Shown: one piece after another, positions 1 through 20,800 of the stretch
How positions within the stretch are numbered: the first letter of the stretch is position 1
How the letters are laid out: every line of letters begins with the position of its first letter
Assembly: GCA_002633005.1 (NCBI GenBank)
Contig: NMRA01000328.1
Coordinates: 61,195 to 125,194 of the forward strand
Source of the DNA: Phoronis australis
Lineage: Eukaryota; Animalia; Phoronida
DNA: 64,000 bases
Reading direction: 5' to 3'
The notes under the pieces: generated by a model
Told to the model about the DNA's origin: nothing
The model's input: only the letters and a program-made list of their open reading frames with translations
The model's database searches: none
Program-made: the position numbers and the translations under genes

Positions 1-167
1 GAAAAGAAATTGGCGGGAAGCGCTTGCCTCCTAAAACGTCACTTCCGGAAAAGCGGACGAATAATTAATAAAATTACGAAAAGCTGTAATTAAGTGAAAA
101 ATATGTCTAGGATAACCAACCAACCTTATTTTAGCTCAAAATGACATGGAAAAAGGTTGCCTTCGCC

Positions 168-365
168 TTTAAGTATTCTATTTTCACTCTTGATGACGTC
201 AGCCGCTGCGTGGTGTAGTGGTTAAGGTCGGCGACCAGGAAACTAAAGGTACCGGGTTCGACTCCGTCCTCGGTTTCCCGCCAAATCGTTATCTCACTAG
301 TGAGATAACTTTATGGGTTATTACACGGTTGTATCTGCCATTTGACGCTAATATTGTGGTATAAA
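168..365 (+). repeat. Partial copy of a tRNA-module/palindrome interspersed repeat
   Basis: A-box TGGTGTAGTGG at 211-221, B-box GGTTCGACTCC at 255-265 and the palindrome GTTATCTCACTAGTGAGATAAC at 288-309. It is homologous, as reverse complement, to 30664-30861. Confidence 0.8.
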
Positions 366-2232
366 GTTTATTCTAATGCACGTTTTTAATCATAAAGCTA
401 ATTTTGACGCGATAACTAAGGCTGCCAAAACAACTTGACGTCCGAAAGTCCGAGTAATAACAACTTTCGATGACAAATGCAACATTTGATTGCTTAGTAC
501 AACTGCTGCAGTGTTTTATCTTTTGTGCGTATATTTGTCTAAATTAGTAACAACAGCCTGTTCATCATAATCCTTTTTCAATGTTTTCGAAAACGCCATT
601 TGCACTGCGCATGTGTACTTGAACTTTATCAGGAACACATTATTGGTGTGTCTTCTGATTTTGGTTATTGGCGTTTTTGTGAACAGGACCCCGGACTTAA
701 TTTTTATTTTAGTGGTGTGTATGTATAACAATAGAGGATAATATACTTTCGAAAGTTACGCTGCAATCGAAACCTTTCTTATCATATGTCTGCATACGTA
801 ACCAGGACAACCTAATCGGGTTAAAAATAAGAAGTCTGGGGTGTGTTTCTGGAATAGTTTATTGTCTTTTGACTTTCGGCCACGACAAAATGAGAAATGA
901 AAAGACATAAAATTCACTTTTGGCTATCCGCATCCACATTTCTGACTGTTGGCTTAAGTCAAAAGATAAAAACGAATAGACTTTTTGACAAACAGGCTCC
1001 AGGTGGCGAGACTGGCTTGATCATGAGTCAAATCATCAAATAGAACTGAGAAGCGATGTGCCGTGAAAATGTACCGGACATAATAACAATAATTTGGCAA
1101 AGAAACTATGTATCATCAAGCGAAGCAGTATAATCGAAGCAGAAATAGCCGCTTGGCATTGCTTTTGATGCTGTATATTCCAAAATAATGTCATGCTTTT
1201 TCCCGGCGTCTGAAAATACTATTATGTATTGAGATTTCAACAGAAGTTTGCTAGTTCCGGGTAGAGTTCAGTAACGCTAGAACCTACGCTAGGACTTCGC
1301 TAAAATCTAGCCAAAATCGCGTGTTCTCATTTCAGATACACGGCAGTATTTCACGTAATCTCGCGAAGTCTTACTTTTGTTGAAAATCATTTATTAGTTT
1401 AGGTTCCTTCTACGTTACATCGACCGCATTATTACGATTAGTTGTTTCGTTGTAATGTAACAATATGACCACGCTGCTGCCGTGATAAGAACCTGGACTA
1501 GACTATATTTTGCCGCTGGGAAGATGCCCACTCTGTTACACAGCCGGTAAGATGGAACTTCACTCCTTTAGGGGGTAAGGACAGTTAAAATGGTCCATTT
1601 GTTGAAAGGTTTCATTAAACTTCATCCTTTCGTTGTGTTTATCTCAACACAATCCTTCTGTAGAGACTATGAATCCTATAAAGTGCTTATTAATTGAATT
1701 ATAGTCGAATGAACAGCTCTTAGACAGACCGTATTCTTTTTAAGAATTTAATTCGGAAAAGACACTCTTTAGTGTGAAAACTGGCCATGAAATTAGCCCA
1801 TGTGAACGGCTCGTCCCGCATACCCGGTTCTCCTATGTAGGTAGACCTGCCGTTTTAGATTAAGTGACAGGTCGGAAAACTTTGACCCCGGGACTTTTAC
1901 ACCAGTGAAGAGTAAAGTTGCCGTTGTGGCAAAGCCGAACAACCGTATTCGGCCTGTAACTGATAGTGGCTTTACATTTAGCAAACTAGATAACAGGATT
2001 AAAGTTCTGAATTGCCGGCGTTATTAAGCTGGGTAGGTGGGACTAGAAGCGTAAATTGTAAGAACGTTAAATTGTGCATTAAGTGACTTTCAAGAAAAGT
2101 CGACGTTTGTATCATAGCAAAGCAAAGTTGTTGAAAATCAATTGATTTGTGCTATTTGAATATGATTTTTACCTTAAATGTACTTCAAAAAGAATCAGTC
2201 ATTTTTTGTGTTGATAGCTGTACAAAGTCAAA

Positions 2233-9251
<7,019 letters not shown>

Positions 9252-9481
9252 GAATTTACTGTTTCAGCGTTAATGCAACAGTTCTGTCACGGATTCAATC
9301 TAGACCTCAGCGTAGTTTCTTTTCAGTTCTCTGTGAGAGCTACGTTAATAGATTTGTCTCAGTTTTAGTGCTCAACTTGTCGCTGCTGTTAAGCAATCAA
9401 TGCTCAACAAGGGAGTTTTAAAGTCCTACGCAAGGCTTGTTAGGTCAAGTAGATACAAACTGGTGGAAAACCTTCCCATTG

Positions 9482-9753
9482 CATGTGCGTACCCAGCCTT
9501 AAATATAGGGGGGGCTCGAATTTTTGGTATGTGGACCTTTTACTGAAACAAATCAACGGTGGCTAAAAAAACGGTGCCAGTAGGTTCAAGCCTACGAATT
9601 GTGCATCCGCGCCGAATTCCTGTGGACTTTGTGGACTTTTGTCACGATTACTCGGACTTTTTGTTTCACTGAGGCGGACCTTTTTGCCCAATTCGCCAAA
9701 TTGGGGGGGGGGGGGGGNTTCGTGCCCCCCGAGCCCCCCTGGGTGCGCCCATG
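9482..9753. mobile_element. MITE with 5-bp target-site duplication
   Basis: TIRs catgtgcgtacccag / ctgggtgcgcccatg, with flanking direct repeat cattg at 9477-9481 and 9754-9758. Confidence 0.7.
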
Positions 9754-9806
9754 CATTGAACTAACCAATAAACTCCGGTTCATGGTTCCATCATGTGCAA
9801 TTAGAG

Positions 9807-9948
9807 CATGGGCGGCGCAGCGCTGAAAAATGTGGGGGCTAAAGCTCCCTCAGCCCCACTTTGGTGCACCGCCTATAGACCATGTGCCGCGTATCACTGA
9901 AAAAAGTGGGGGCTATAACCCCCAGCCCCCTATGGTGCGCCGCCCATG
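9807..9948. mobile_element. Dimeric GC-rich MITE
   Basis: TIRs catgggcggcgca / tgcgccgcccatg enclose two internal units of about 70 bp. A homologous full copy is at 21693-21836 and a partial copy at about 20157-20205. Confidence 0.75.
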
Positions 9949-11818
9949 ATTAGGGAGCTAACTCGCCGTATTAAAGAATCTGTCTATGTAAAGAATCGAT
10001 GGTTTTCAAAGATGTCTCTGCGTATGGCTTTAAACTCGGTGCTCACTAAACTCAACGCCATTACTATATATTGATAGTACGACTGTGTTCGACTGTAACC
10101 CTTCGGCTTCCGTCTTTGTCATCGAACGTTGTCTTGATTACTAAACCCGTTTTACGACATTGTGTTGTTTATCTGGCACAGAGCAATAAATAGGCTAATC
10201 CTGCAAGCATCACTAGGGTATTTACCCACAATGCAACACTTGTGTCAAGCACGTGTCGCACCAGCTTTCCCACATGCAAACTTGTGTGTCACTATCTAAC
10301 ATCCTAATCATTATGTAGTTCATCGTCGTGATGCAGGCAAACTTGTATTATTGCATTTTGAGTTACAATGCTTCCACCAATAAATTAGTGAAACTGGCAA
10401 GTACCAGTGCAGTGATAAGCAATGTGATTGTCCTTCCACTGCCAATCAATTCAGGCGTGTCTGGCATTTCGAAATGTAGGCCAGTTATGCAACGCATTTT
10501 TCTTCCTGAGACGAAAGTTCAATCCAGGCTTACTGAAAAAAGTAGGCCTATTACTTTTGTAGTCACAGGAACGTCAATAATAAATACACGAAACGTACCG
10601 AGAGTGGCGTAGATGAAGTAATATCCCACGAGACATTACTCCGCGTACCGACCGAGACCGAATAATGTCGCTTCGAAATCCTAAATTTCTTTCATTTTTT
10701 CGACAGATTTTTTAAATACTTCACCCAGACTCTTCACGTGGTGGATCACATCCTATATGTATATATACCTGCGCGTTAGGTTACAAGTTCTTCTAGTAAA
10801 AGAAAGTTTTAAATGTAACGGTTTCTTAGTTGAAAAGCGATAACAAAGATGAAAACAACGATATAATTAAGCATTTAACTTGTAACATTTCCTGAAAATT
10901 TAACAACAATATTTGATACTGTAATTACCGAGGAATCGGCGCCTGAGTTGCAGACAATATAATATTTAGCAATTGAAAACGGAGACAGAAGTGTCATATA
11001 ATTAACAGTTTTGTACCAGCTATTACGTTTAGGGCCTAACTACATGTTGAGCGTTATTTGTACTGTTGCAACTGTATTACTTTAAACTATATTCGCAAAG
11101 TTTGACGATCAAACCGGCTAACGACGTGGAGTTGACAATGACCTACCTTTTGAACTGTCAGAGGTCACAGTTGACGTAGTGCGGGAGGTGAATACGGAAA
11201 ACATTATTGCATGGCCGTATTGCACTCGACTAATTCAACGCGTATGGGATAAAGTATGAGATACATGAAACAGATAATATGTATTTTATGGAAATTATTT
11301 ATTGCACATATTGACATGAATACTTAGAGAAAATGAAATACATTACTTTAACTCAACAAAACAAGGCACACTTCTCAGAAACGTTATACATATCGACAAA
11401 TCCCTTCTGAAAAATACAGCAAGGAAACAAAGCATTTATCATTCAACTCTTTAACAAAGAATTGAACACATGAAATCTATTTCAAGCACAGGGAAACAAT
11501 TTATATGTTAATATTAAAGTCTGCGATTTAAGATTGAAATATTTTGTATTTAATAATCATGCAAATTCTGATTGTAAGATTACTTCTCTGAGTCATTCCT
11601 GGCACATAACCCATGTGAAGGCACCAACACTGAATCCTTATTACTGTCAACAACACCTCTTCCAATAAACAAGACGTTTCATTATGTAGCCTATTTCTGG
11701 TTTGATCGTGCAGCCAATTTCCAAGTGGACCCAACATTCATAGAGTTTGCACTTTGAATTAAGCATTTGAAAACCTAACACCAGTGGTTTGGGCAAATGA
11801 CATAGCCATATCAGGTGC

Positions 11819-14800
11819 TCAGTTACAAAGATTTTTTCCCTTGCCCTTTATCATGGCTATAATTTTATCATAAACCAGCTGCCTCGCATCCATCGCCCAG
11901 ATGAAATCAAGGTGATCCCATTCCTTTAAACGACAACTCTGTGCGACGTTGGGTAACTTCTTCAGTAGGGCGCTCACGTCCTGGAACAGAAGCAACTATT
12001 ATGATGGCTTCCGCCGGGACCGCTATGTGACAGCCGGTCGCACTAACATCAAGAAATAACTCACTGAGCCCCTACTTTCTGTGCAAAGGCAACATGAGCA
12101 ATGTCTCTTCAAAATTCTACATTGACAAACTCATTGCTGTTAAACATGGACGCCATTACTTACTCAAGTCCCTCGAGACTTTGCAAGGTGAGTACGGCAA
12201 GCCTCACATGGCCAATCAGGTCACCTAGATGTTACTACAAGCATTAAAAATTGGGGATAAGGTCATTAGCCTTTTGAAAGTCCCCTTGCCTTGTTTTGAT
12301 ATTTCTAAAGTAATCAATGACTATTATTATCTCAGTAAAATCTTAAATTAATTGTTTACTTTGAGTAACACAAGTCCCACTTTTCTTATTTTAAGTTGCA
12401 CTTAGTAAGTAGGAACGACTTGTGTAGATGCATGACTACTTGTATTATGAATGGCTAAATAAACTATCTAACTATCGATGTGAACTCGCCCGGGATGCGA
12501 TCCGTACTGATGCAAGGCAATTGCGAGGAAAGCCAGTGTGATCACGTGCTTCGTTTGTAATGCATGGCAGGTTCGCGAAAACTTGCGAGATCTTGCTTTT
12601 CTCGGAGGATACTTGACCTGAGCTCCCTACAGACACAAGAATCTCGCGTAGGAAGCTTAATTTATGTGACCACGCGCTTCGCATGTAGTACATGGCGATA
12701 TCTCGCGAAGTCTTGCGTGATATCACACCTGGTCTCGGCAAAACGCGGCTAAACGCATACCAACAAGAAACCTAATAACGACAAAAAAATCACATGTTCT
12801 TTTGGTGTATGCATGCCATCAGAAGAGCCATTGGGCTGCAAATAACAGTTTTACTCAGACCAGTTAGCCCGAAAATAAGAAACACGAACAAGGCACTATA
12901 CGTACCAGTACATACCGAAACATAGACCCCATATGAAAACACCGCAAACCATATAAGCATAACAAATGTACAGAGAAGTTTCTTTACCTCTGGGTCCGCC
13001 AACCAGTCGTTATCACTCCAAAAGAGCACGGTAGGTACCGTCACGTTCTCCAAAGGGTAGACAGGAGGTGTTGGTTGGTCGTAATGATCCATATTCTTTT
13101 GAGCGGAACCATAATCATACTTTTGGAATTTATTTGAAGCAACCATCTGAAAGATTTGACAATTTAAACTGATGGTGACAGGTTCGTCGAATAGGTTGTC
13201 CAACACTGTTGACATTCGCTTGTTCCAGGGGATTTCGGATGTCATGGGGTGGCAAGGGGGAAACTACAGTTTTTGGATATAAATGCCCATTAAGTCCCCA
13301 ATGATAGCGTTTTTTATCGTGCTCGAGACAAGGGCTCCCTGAGTCTCCACTAAATCTTCATATCATACAGTAAAAAGATGGTGTTTTACAGATGATTTCG
13401 TCAAAATTTTATCGTACTTTTCAGAAAAATTTCAACAAAGTCGAAACAGGCAAATCAAAAATTTGAAATGGCATTGAGCATTTTTATTTATCTATACCAG
13501 AATGTTCTAATCGCAGAAAATACTAACTTCAAAATCATAAATAAGGAATTACGTCAAAACCATAAAATTTTCAAGCTCTTGTGGATCATAAACGCCAACT
13601 AGGCACAAAAACAATGCAGAAGTTTTTAGTTAGGAGCAATGAGTTATTTTCTAAAAAAAAAACAATCATGACTTTCAGCAAGGTTGCAGTATCTTCCACA
13701 GACGCACAAACATGATAAATTATGTTTCTGTATTGTATAACCTTTAAAAGGGCACCTTGGTTTAACCATACGGACCAATAGAATCCAAACTGCCACTAGT
13801 GTGTCAAAAGACTCCAACAACCAAAAAATGCTCAGAATTCATCATCGCGGAAGGTCGAGCTCACCATATAAAATGGTATCAAGAGAAAACACAGAATGAA
13901 AATTCATTATCAGTGGAAATGCAATAATGGATCTCTATGAAAATTTGACATTTTAAGAAGCATTAGAGTCCAATCATTTGGGCATCGTTTCATGCACATA
14001 ATCAGTTTGACGATTACTACCAGTAGGTAGCCCACCCTCACCGAGGTGTGCAAATCAAACGTTAACGCAGAGTTTAGTGACATACAGTGGAAAACTTTGA
14101 CAAACCTGAGCAAAATGAACCATGTTTTGAACAGATGTCCCAGACGGCGTGTGACTAAGATACACCGGAAGTCGGGTCTGAAAACGGATGAAATCCTTGT
14201 GACTTAGGATGTGAAAGAAATATCACTAGAAAGCTCAAATTCTACAAAAAACGAGCTCAATGATGATCAAACTTTCTCATCATCGATGTCAGTGAGAAGT
14301 GCACAAGCATGCTACACAAGTAGTTTGACAACGGCAATGCGCATGGGCACACCTATTAACNCAAAAGGAAGACTCCAACAACCAAAAAAATGCTCAGAAT
14401 TCATCATCGCGGAAGGTCGAGCTCACCATATAAAATGGTATCAAGAGAAAACACAGAATGAAAATTCATTATCAGTGGAAATGCAATGGATCTCTATGAA
14501 AATTTGACATTTTAAGAAGCATTAGAGTCCAATCATTTGGGCATCGTTTCATGCACATAATCAGTTTGATGATTACTACCAGTAGGTAGCCCACCCTCAC
14601 CGAGGTGTGCAAATCAAACGTTAACGCAGAGTTTAGTGACATACAGTGGAAAACTTTGACAAACCTGAGCAAAATGAACCATGTTTTGAACAGATGTCCC
14701 AGACGGCGTGTGACTAAGATACACCGGAAGTCGGGTCTGAAAACGGATGAAATCCTTGTGACTTAGGATGTGAAAGAAATATCACTAGAAAGCTCAAATT

Positions 14801-17800
14801 CTACAAAAAACGAGCTCAATGATGATCAAACTTTCTCATCATCGATGTCAGTGAGAAGTGCACAAGCATGCTACACAAGTAGTTTGACAACGGCAATGCG
14901 CATGGGCACACCTATTAACAAATGGATGGTCAACAAGAACTTACTGGGCCCGGTTAGCACAATGCTCGATACTTATTTACAACAGCAGACATAGTAGAAA
15001 CAAAATCAGCCAGATAGATCCATGTGGCGATAGGTCAATACTAAATAATTTTGGTACTAGTTATAGCTAGCAGCACTGAATACTACCTCATTGAGCTGTT
15101 TGAGGTCGAAGCCAGCTAAGACAAACAATATGTCATCACATAGAAATTTTGTCTCTGGGAGAACACACATGTGTTCGCTCAGCCAATCTATGATTTTATT
15201 GCTGGGTAGGAAGTCTCGACGGCCGAACAGATCGTACATAATACCTCTCTGAAAAGAAACGTGCGGTGTGATAAGTCTTCCAACAGAAAGTTTTACATAA
15301 AACCACAATGAATTAATTATTCAGAAAATGACTCAAAAGGTTGCAGAAAGTACGAGGACAGCAGTATTGGCCTAATTGACTTGGACCGATTGCGCAAATA
15401 CTGTTATCAATGTGAACCATGAAACACACACTGACAGCCACAAGACAATAGATTAACATATTAGGAAAATCGAAAATAACGTCAGTTATTACCTTCACCT
15501 TTTGGTAAATCGAAAAGGTAAATTACATGATTTTTCGGAAAACAACTTAATTTAACACCTTACTCACTTACATTGCCGGTTAATCTTGTAATCAATTATT
15601 ATACTTGACCAACATCTTGAACCATTTTACTTACTAAGTCCGACAAAAGCCGGATTGGACTTTTGATGTGGCCTACTGTGGTAACAGGAGCCAAAGCATA
15701 AAATGTTTTTATCTGTAAAATATAGCCGATGGAATAGCTTTAGACAAATCACACTCATGAGGCAAACAGTCGGAGAATACTGGACATACAAATTTGTGAA
15801 AATGGCTGGGACTCATAAAATAATTTTTCTAAAAATAAAAAAAAACATTAAGGACACAAACACACACAGCAGGGATCGCATAAAAATTCTGCACTCAGGA
15901 ATTCAAAACACGGAAAATAAGAACCAAGTAAACTCTTCAAATAATTATCGAATGGTGAAAACAAAATTAGGTGACCAGACAAATAAGTCGAAGGGTAAAC
16001 AAAAACAGACAAAACAATAGTAGTCACTATATACTATCAGCAGCTTAGAGTCAGACCTAACCCAGATCAAGCATTGGTTTGCATTTGTAATATCCGGTCT
16101 CATGAAGTAGAGGGAAGCAGTTAAAGAAATTGTTAGTATATTAGTGTTTACCTTCTTTGCCATATCTGGATGGTTGGCAAGATGTCCGAACATAATCATT
16201 GTTCCTTCTGAGTGGCCTACATAATACAGTTGTGACTGACCTGACTTTTCAAGCGCTAAATCAACCATTGCTGGAAGATCGTACTCCGCCATTTCGTCCC
16301 AACTAAAAATCGAATAGAGGCATGATTTATAAATCATAAATCAACGGGAAAGACGTTGGCCAAGGGTAAAACTAACGATACCGTACGATATGCAGACCGT
16401 GAGAAATAATAATCAAACTGTGGTAGTAACACTAGATAAAAACACAGACTTTCATCGTATGGAAATTTATACTGAAAAGAAACACCTTCGCACCAGTCCT
16501 ATAAACGACGTAGGATGCGAGAGGCCCTGACTCTCAGTGCACTTTTGGTAACAGTTAACAAGTTTCCCTAGTTTTAATAAAAGATTATGGATATTTTAAA
16601 GACTTGTCAACGCACTTTTGTGATTCCCAAAATATAAAACAATTGCAATGAAATGAAAACGAATAAAAACGGCACAGAAGATCGGGCATTTTGAATATCC
16701 TCCGTGATAACTTGAGTTGGAAAGTTATCAAATTGCCAAATAGGTTATGGGTTGAGGAGCAGGTTCATTTGGCGGGAAATGCGTCTAAATTACCTGAACG
16801 CCCAAAAGTCGTCTCCTTTTGGATCCAATTTGACATGTCGAGAGGAGTATTGGTTTCCTCTGTTATTTCCGAGCCACACGTCGAATCCAGCGTCCGCCAA
16901 GATATATGCTGAAACATAACCGACATATTTGCAACCGGCAAAGAAATGTCACAGATGTATCGATGAAAATGATTAGTGGAATACGTGATAAACCTGCACA
17001 ACGCGCAAACACATGAAACGTGTATATCTATAAATAGTAAACAGATTCCATGAAATAAGCTGAAGAAGAATTTAAGCCAACGTGGATATTTGAATGTTAT
17101 GTTCTTTCCGACTGTTTAGAGGAGCAAGCACTCCGTGGAAACGGCAGTTATGAGGACATGGCTACTCGGGCGTGGCATTTCGCACTAAGCCTTGTTTGAA
17201 AACACTGTGCACGAACGTCCCATAGGGTAGATGGTCACTGTGTACTCGTACTATCTATTATCACAGCGTTTATAAGTGGAAGCAGACAAGGTTCGTTTGA
17301 ATGCCCATTATGGCGTGGTACCCAAGATAAAAAATCGCGTCGTAGTCCTCGCCTACATGGTACGATTTGTCGTATACGACAATTACATACGGCAATGAGA
17401 TCGTGTAGGCAGGGCTGAAACATAGTCTGTCGCAAAAGTTGTTCTCACTACACGTTAAGCTCGTTGAACATTGACCTGACTTGTATTTAAACAAGAGCAA
17501 TGCGAAGCGTTGAAATGCGCCCACGAATGCACCGCGAATGGGGTTCGCAAAAATGTCCAATACATCTGAAAATGGGAAGTGCCATCACTTCTCTAATAGA
17601 AAACTATTTACCAAATTTCATAAAAATCTGTCAAGGAACTTTAGAGAAACAAAGGGAAATGGAAAAAAGAAATTGCCACTAGGCGACACAGCGTTCCTTG
17701 GATCCGCATAAAAGTAGACGTTGTCTATTGTTATCTTCATATAGATAGGCCTACCCTTGCTAAATTTAATAAAGATTCTACGGTGTGTTTAGGAGATACA

Positions 17801-20800
17801 TCTATGGGAGTACCACTAGGGGCAGCCACAGTAGTCGAAGTTATCGCCAACCGTCCTCTTCACACAGAGAACATATACGCCAGTTTTCAAAATCCTCCTT
17901 AGAATGGATTGGTTGATAGAGGGTGGACTCAAAAACAGCAAAAATGGCCACTCGGTGGCGCAAAATGCCTCGATTTCATCCGAAAATGGAAGGATAGCGT
18001 CATCTCACCAATAGATGCCTATATTCCAAATTTTATGAAAATCGGTTAAGGGCCTTTGAAGAAACAGAGGTAATTGTAAAAAAACAAAAAAATGCCATTA
18101 GGGGGCACACAGGTATGTCACAGATATGTCCGAAAGTCGTGGTCGTCCATTGTTAACATCATATAAATACATTCGCTAAATTTAGTAAAGATCCTGAAAA
18201 CAGTTTAGGAGATACAGCCATGAGCGCAAAACAAAATGCCACTAGGAGGTGCCACAGTACTCGAAATCGTTGGAAAATCATCGTCAGCCGTCTTTTTCAT
18301 AGTAAGAAAATGCCAGTTTTCACAATCATCCATAGAGCGGTTTGGTTGATAGAGGAGTGGACGCCAAAAAACAGACTAGAGAACATCAAAATGGTCATTA
18401 TGTGGCGCAAACTAGCGTTATCTCACTAATAGATGCCTGTTATGTCAAATTTTATGAAAATACCTTGAGGACCTTTGAAGACACAGAGGTAAACTTAAAA
18501 AAACTAAAATTGCCACTAGGGGCACACCGGTAGTCGGATCCGTCCGAAAGTTCGCTCATGGCGTCCCATCCTTAAAAGTAACACATGTGCAAAATTTCAT
18601 GAACATACGTCAAACGGTTTTAGAGATAGAGCAGCGGACGCTGGACGGACGCCGGACGGACGCCGGACGGACGCCGGACGGACAGACGGACGGAGATGAC
18701 GGCATAATGCGTCCACATATAAATATGTGGGCGCATAAAAATCAGCATTTACTACCATTTAGCTGTGCAAAAAATCAAAGTCAAAAGTTGGTCAATCTCC
18801 TCCACATTTTCATTTCCGTTGCCACGAAAAAGCATTTACGACTAAAAAAACACACGCTTTGACGTCAAGAGAACTTCAGTCCAGCTCGTTAACTTTACAA
18901 TGGCACAATCACATCAGCCAGCAAGACGGATTCCAACTCACGAATTCAGAGGTCGCAGTGTTATGGTTTGCTGACGGAGCTAAACCACTACGAGGTAAAT
19001 AGCATGGGCTTAATGGTGAGAATTGGTCATTAGTATAAATAAAAATCACAAAAACACGAAGGATTTTGTTGCTTTAGACATTGGTCACGGCTGCTAACTT
19101 CAAGAGATCTGACCCGTCCAATAATAATTCCCAAAATATGTTTCCGGTTCTAAAACTGAATATATACCTTTAATAACTAATTTTTAGATTTCACATTGAA
19201 ATAGCAACCGGAACAGCTTCCTAGATTTTTCAGGGAGAGAATTCACCCACTTCTCCTTCCAAATAAACAACCACTCACCGAAACTTTCATTTTCCAGATT
19301 AGTGAGCCAGTTGCTCGACGAACAAAGCAACCCGTGCTGTAAGAAAATGACCGGTCGCGGAGATGGGGCTTTCTCCTTTTTGCCATAAGGAATTCGCTGT
19401 AGGCTAAGTATGTAGCCGTCAGTGGTGTTCACGTAATGGTTTTCACATGGATAACCCTTACTGGTGATGAGTTGAGACTGAAACGACCCAACATAAGAAC
19501 GTACATCAACAAAATACAGTTTTGATGTGTATGGTTAAACTCTTACCCATATCTCCACGCATGCAAAAAACTGACAGCCGAAAGTAACACTCCACAGCAG
19601 TAACCTCATCGTGCACAGTTTTAATGGGAAAATATACTCATTCTCCAACTCGGAGCATTTTCACAGTAAAAAACGGAATTATCTGATTACTTGCTCAACA
19701 GAAAACTTGATAACACAGAAAGCGTCGGCTCTGAAAACAACAGCCAAGTACGAATCTTCGGACAAATTAGACTGGTTGACGAGGAAGTGTTTATTTCACC
19801 ACAAGCTATACATAGTCACATGAAAAATTCATTTTCTCTTTTGCGGAGGTATAGTTGACACATTTTTCGAAAGGTTAGGCTGCTAATACTACATTGTTCC
19901 TCCTCAGCATGACCACGAACTCGGCTTCGTACAATCTAAATTAGTATATAGCATCCACTTGCTTACCTGCAAATTTACTGTGATGTGTTCACCGGTTCGC
20001 AGTTTAAAAAAGGCCGCAAAAGATTAATAAAAAAACGCTTGCTTGTTGTTGTGTTATTAGGCTGTACAAAGTCAATTAAATGGAGCCTATCAGCTTTTAA
20101 GGGGCTCTAAATATCCTATAATACAAATGCAAATGCGCAGTCTGTAATATTGGGTAGCACTGAAAAACATGCCCCCCCCCAGCACCCTATGGTGCGCCGC
20201 CCATGAGGAAGATGTGGTTTGTGTCACTATCAGAAGAGATTGGAATCGCCTAATCTCGTACTAGGAACTGATAAAAACCTGGGCTGAAGCGGACGAGTAT
20301 AAGAGATCGAATTCCATTCAAACTCCATTGTAATCCACGGCGTAGCTAGGAATAATTATATCGTCAAGCCCCCCCCCGCCGGCGCCCCCTTCCACCTCCT
20401 GGCAACCGCCAGAACTGTTTCGATAGAGACGCGCAGGTTGTCACAGTTTTCATATCTGGCTCATTTAAATACGTGGAAACAACGCATATAATACTGCAAA
20501 TATGCATAAGGGCTCAATACAAATTTGCGATGATTAACGCTAAAATCACGTGGTGTTATGATTTATCATAAAAAATAAGGTGAAACTGATGTAAACATAT
20601 TTACACGACTATTGAAGTAATACGAATGTAAGATTTCGAAAACCGTCAGCAAACCTGATAGATGATGTTAAAAAATTACAGTCCAGTAATCCACAGCTAT
20701 AGGTGAACGAAAACTTTACGATTCATAAATATCCCTTTACTAACGACGATCATCAAAATCTAGAGTATTATTCTTGGGATTTTTCGGTGGAAAATATCCA

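Noticed and set aside
200-280. tRNA gene
   Set aside because: It has A and B boxes but no proper acceptor or anticodon stems, and it is embedded in a repeat with a diverged second copy.
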